Positions 16,922-19,187 of a stretch of 19,187 bases of DNA are shown one piece after another. How positions within the stretch are numbered: position 1 is the stretch's first letter; every line of letters starts with the position of its first letter. The notes beneath the pieces were generated by a model. That model was not told the DNA's origin, searched no databases, and saw only the letters and a program-made list of their open reading frames with translations. The stretch comes from Candidatus Asgardarchaeum abyssi (GTDB taxonomy: Archaea; Asgardarchaeota; Asgardarchaeia; Asgardarchaeales; Asgardarchaeaceae), in assembly GCA_040225955.1 (NCBI GenBank), contig JBECUL010000042.1, forward strand, positions 1 through 19,187, in the 5' to 3' direction. A program made the translations under genes and the position numbers.

Positions 16922-17479
16922 TTAGGAGGATATATGAATTGTAATATATGTAGAAGCTCTAAATTGAGGGATCAGTATGCGTGCATTGCCAACATAGTAT
17001 ACCCATACCTGATACACTTCTGCGTAGACAACTATATCACCAGATCGTATATAGATGACATCTATGTAAGGTCTTGTTTCACTTCCACTTCCATATACCC
17101 CTCCAGGTGGGAGAAATACCCAATTTACGTACTGGTATCCTCCTTGAAAGTATATTGACGGGGAGTCGTAATAATTTATAAGTTGGGCATATGCCGCGCA
17201 GTACCTGATAATTATCATATATCCATCGCTCCAAGGCCACTCCCAATAATCGACTCTTATATATATGTGGCCACTATCCCCTACATGCGGATATAGGTTG
17301 TCTGGAATTATATATATCTGAGTTCTTGTACTTAGTGGTTGCACCAATACAGCGGTACCCGTAGTAACTGTTATGAAGGGAAAAATTGCTGCTATAAGTA
17401 GAAAAATTAGGAGAAGCCGCTTTCGCTTTCCTATACTATAATTTAATAATAGATTTAGCCAATATCCCCTTTCTCTAAT
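16922..17479 (-). CDS. Secreted beta-rich protein, paralog of 16096-16902; apparent ATT start
   Basis: The frame stays open 44 codons upstream of TTG 17347 and encodes GKRKRLLLIFLLIAAIFPFITVTTG (signal peptide-like). GGAGGTGA sits 6 nt before ATT at 17479. Confidence 0.65.
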   Translation of the reverse strand: MRERGYWLNLLLNYSIGKRKRLLLIFLLIAAIFPFITVTTGTAVLVQPLSTRTQIYIIPDNLYPHVGDSGHIYIRVDYWEWPWSDGYMIIIRYCAAYAQLINYYDSPSIYFQGGYQYVNWVFLPPGGVYGSGSETRPYIDVIYIRSGDIVVYAEVYQVWVYYVGNARILIPQFRASTYITIHISS

Positions 17480-17820
17480 AGTAAGTCACCTCCATGATAT
17501 TATGGAGGTATGCGAAAAATTTTCAAAATATAATAAAAAATTGTAATTTCTGATATATATATTAGTATTACAAGTGTAATCCCGCTTCAAAAACCTCTAT
17601 CTATACAAACAAGTGTCTTTAAATTGAAAGAAAGTAAGCAATTATTATGATAATTTTCACGTAAATACAGCAACATAATTAATTAGGATTTACCACAACA
17701 TTTAGTATCGTTTGTCGTAAATGTGTTAAATAAGACACCAATGACTTTGCATATTACCTATAGTGAGTAGCCAAAATTTAGTTGGTACTCGGGATGCAAT
17801 GAACTTTTTCTTTTGATACT

Positions 17821-19099
17821 TCATATCTCACCGATTTTTCCAAAGTCATTTAAATCGAAAAGCAAGTAATTTTTGCTGATTTCTTCTTTCTTCTCGATGT
17901 ACTTGGCCACGAGACTGTATATTATTCTCTTGTTTTCAAAGTATTTGCTCTTTCTCTTGAGATCCTTAATGATTCTCTCAGTCTCTGAGCTGACAAGCTC
18001 TTTCCACTTTATCTCTGTTAGGATTAACGTTTCATCGTCTGATGCTATGAGGTCTATTTTCTCATTTTTGTGCCACCATCGACCAATCTTCTTAATTTTT
18101 ATTGGCAACTCATTCCTACGACTTAACTCTATGAAAAACTCTTTTACTATTTGCTCAAATATGTATCCGAGATACGTGTTAAAGTTTTTCTCGAAATCTG
18201 AAATCGCCTCATCATTGAAGCCAGTCTCGATGTCCTCGAAGTATTTTGAAACGAAACGGAACCAGAAGTTGAAGTAGTTATCTCTAATTCGGTATATTCC
18301 GCCTTTTCTTTTCTTTGAGAATATGGGAAACTCCCGCTGAACAATTTCCAGGTCTCCAAGAACTTTTAAGTACTTTGACACATTCTTTGCTTCCATGAAA
18401 CAGTAGTTTGCAATTTCGGATACCCGTGTGTAACCGTGGGATATTGCTTCAGTTATCGCATAATATGTTTCTGGCTCATCAAATTCCTCCTCAAAAACCT
18501 CTTTAGCTTCTCTGAATAGGAAGCTACTCGGATCGAAAAAGTTGTTAATTATCTCCCTTTTCACATTCTTTCCTGAGAAGAACTCTAAATATCTGGGAAC
18601 TCCACCAGTCACAGCATAAATTTTAACTAAACTTTCTATGGAGGCCTTTGGAAACCACTCCATGAGATGCTTAAATTTTAGTGGTTGCAGAAATAATGTT
18701 GCATGACATCGACCGTATAGAGGGCTTGTATATTCATAAAAACTTCTTTTCAGCATACTAACTGCGGAGCCAGATAAGATCAAAAATACGTTTGTTTCTT
18801 TCAGTATTTCGTCAATTATTGTTTGGAATTCCGCTAAAACATCTGTCTCCTTTACCAGATATGAAAATTCATCCAGTGCTATAACCAACCGTGTATTACC
18901 AATTTGCTTTACTATGAACTCAAAAGCGTCACTAAATGATTTGAAGTTTGGTACAGGGATCCCAAAGAATTTCGCAATTGCTCTATTCATCTTATTTAGG
19001 TTCACTGCAGCTTTTCTTTTTTCGAACTGTATTCTTATCCCATTTTTGTTTTTCATGAATTCCAAAATCAGTCTGCTTTTTCCTATTCTCCTTCGTCCA
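17821..19099 (-). pseudogene. Archaeal ATPase, COG1672 type (ATPase_2 + DUF234), 5' end cut off by an IS insertion
   Basis: In-frame GRRRIGKSRLIL starts at 19098, directly after the IS end. Walker B IALDEFSYL, LYGR, TGGVPRYL, DNYFNFWFRFV and WW...IDLIA...EIKW motifs. The usual N-terminal F..RE.EL segment is absent. Confidence 0.88.
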
Positions 19100-19187
19100 T
19101 TGACCTCCTCCCCGCACTAAAGTGCGGGGAATCCTAAGATTCCCCGGCGGGGAGGTTCGACCATCCTCCACCGGGAAAAATCCCAGT
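19100..19187 (-). mobile_element. Right end of an IS200/IS605-family (TnpB-type) element; omegaRNA/reRNA-like region
   Basis: Minus strand TCCCCGCAC-TTTA-GTGCGGGGA-GGAGG-TCAA: subterminal hairpin then TCAA, typical of archaeal IS605 right ends. Further stems at 19126-19145 and 19143-19175. Confidence 0.82.

Noticed and set aside
16082-19120. ORFs 16082-16345, 16802-17158, 17873-18277, 18147-18359, 18914-19120
   Set aside because: Antisense or alternate-frame overlaps of supported genes.

Overview
AT-rich accessory/defence-like island with archaeal features (GGAGGTG Shine-Dalgarno motifs, BRE/TATA promoters, COG1373/COG1672 ATPases, MNT-HEPN). No core housekeeping genes, rRNA, tRNA or CRISPR array were seen. 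In order: an ISH3-family IS end; a COG1373 AAA ATPase; a broken YwgA-like + HD (YwfO/SAMHD1-like) gene pair; a HEPN remnant; copy 1 of a two-gene module (Vsr/DUF559-like nuclease plus a coiled-coil protein with a beta-sheet DNA-binding-like motif); a 970-aa HD dNTPase-like protein; ISH3 transposase debris; a kinase-like/nucleoside deoxyribosyltransferase fusion whose N-terminus is replaced by an IS end; two clusters of GC-rich hairpins; two ORFans; copy 2 of the two-gene module; an RHH regulator with a phased GTATAC array; an MNT-HEPN pair; three membrane/secreted proteins (one apparently starting at ATT); and a COG1672 ATPase cut by the right end of an IS605/TnpB-type element. The best candidates for something undescribed are the repeated two-gene module with its mini-element-like context and the nucleotide-degrading cargo between the copies. 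All family calls are from motif recognition by eye, not database searches.
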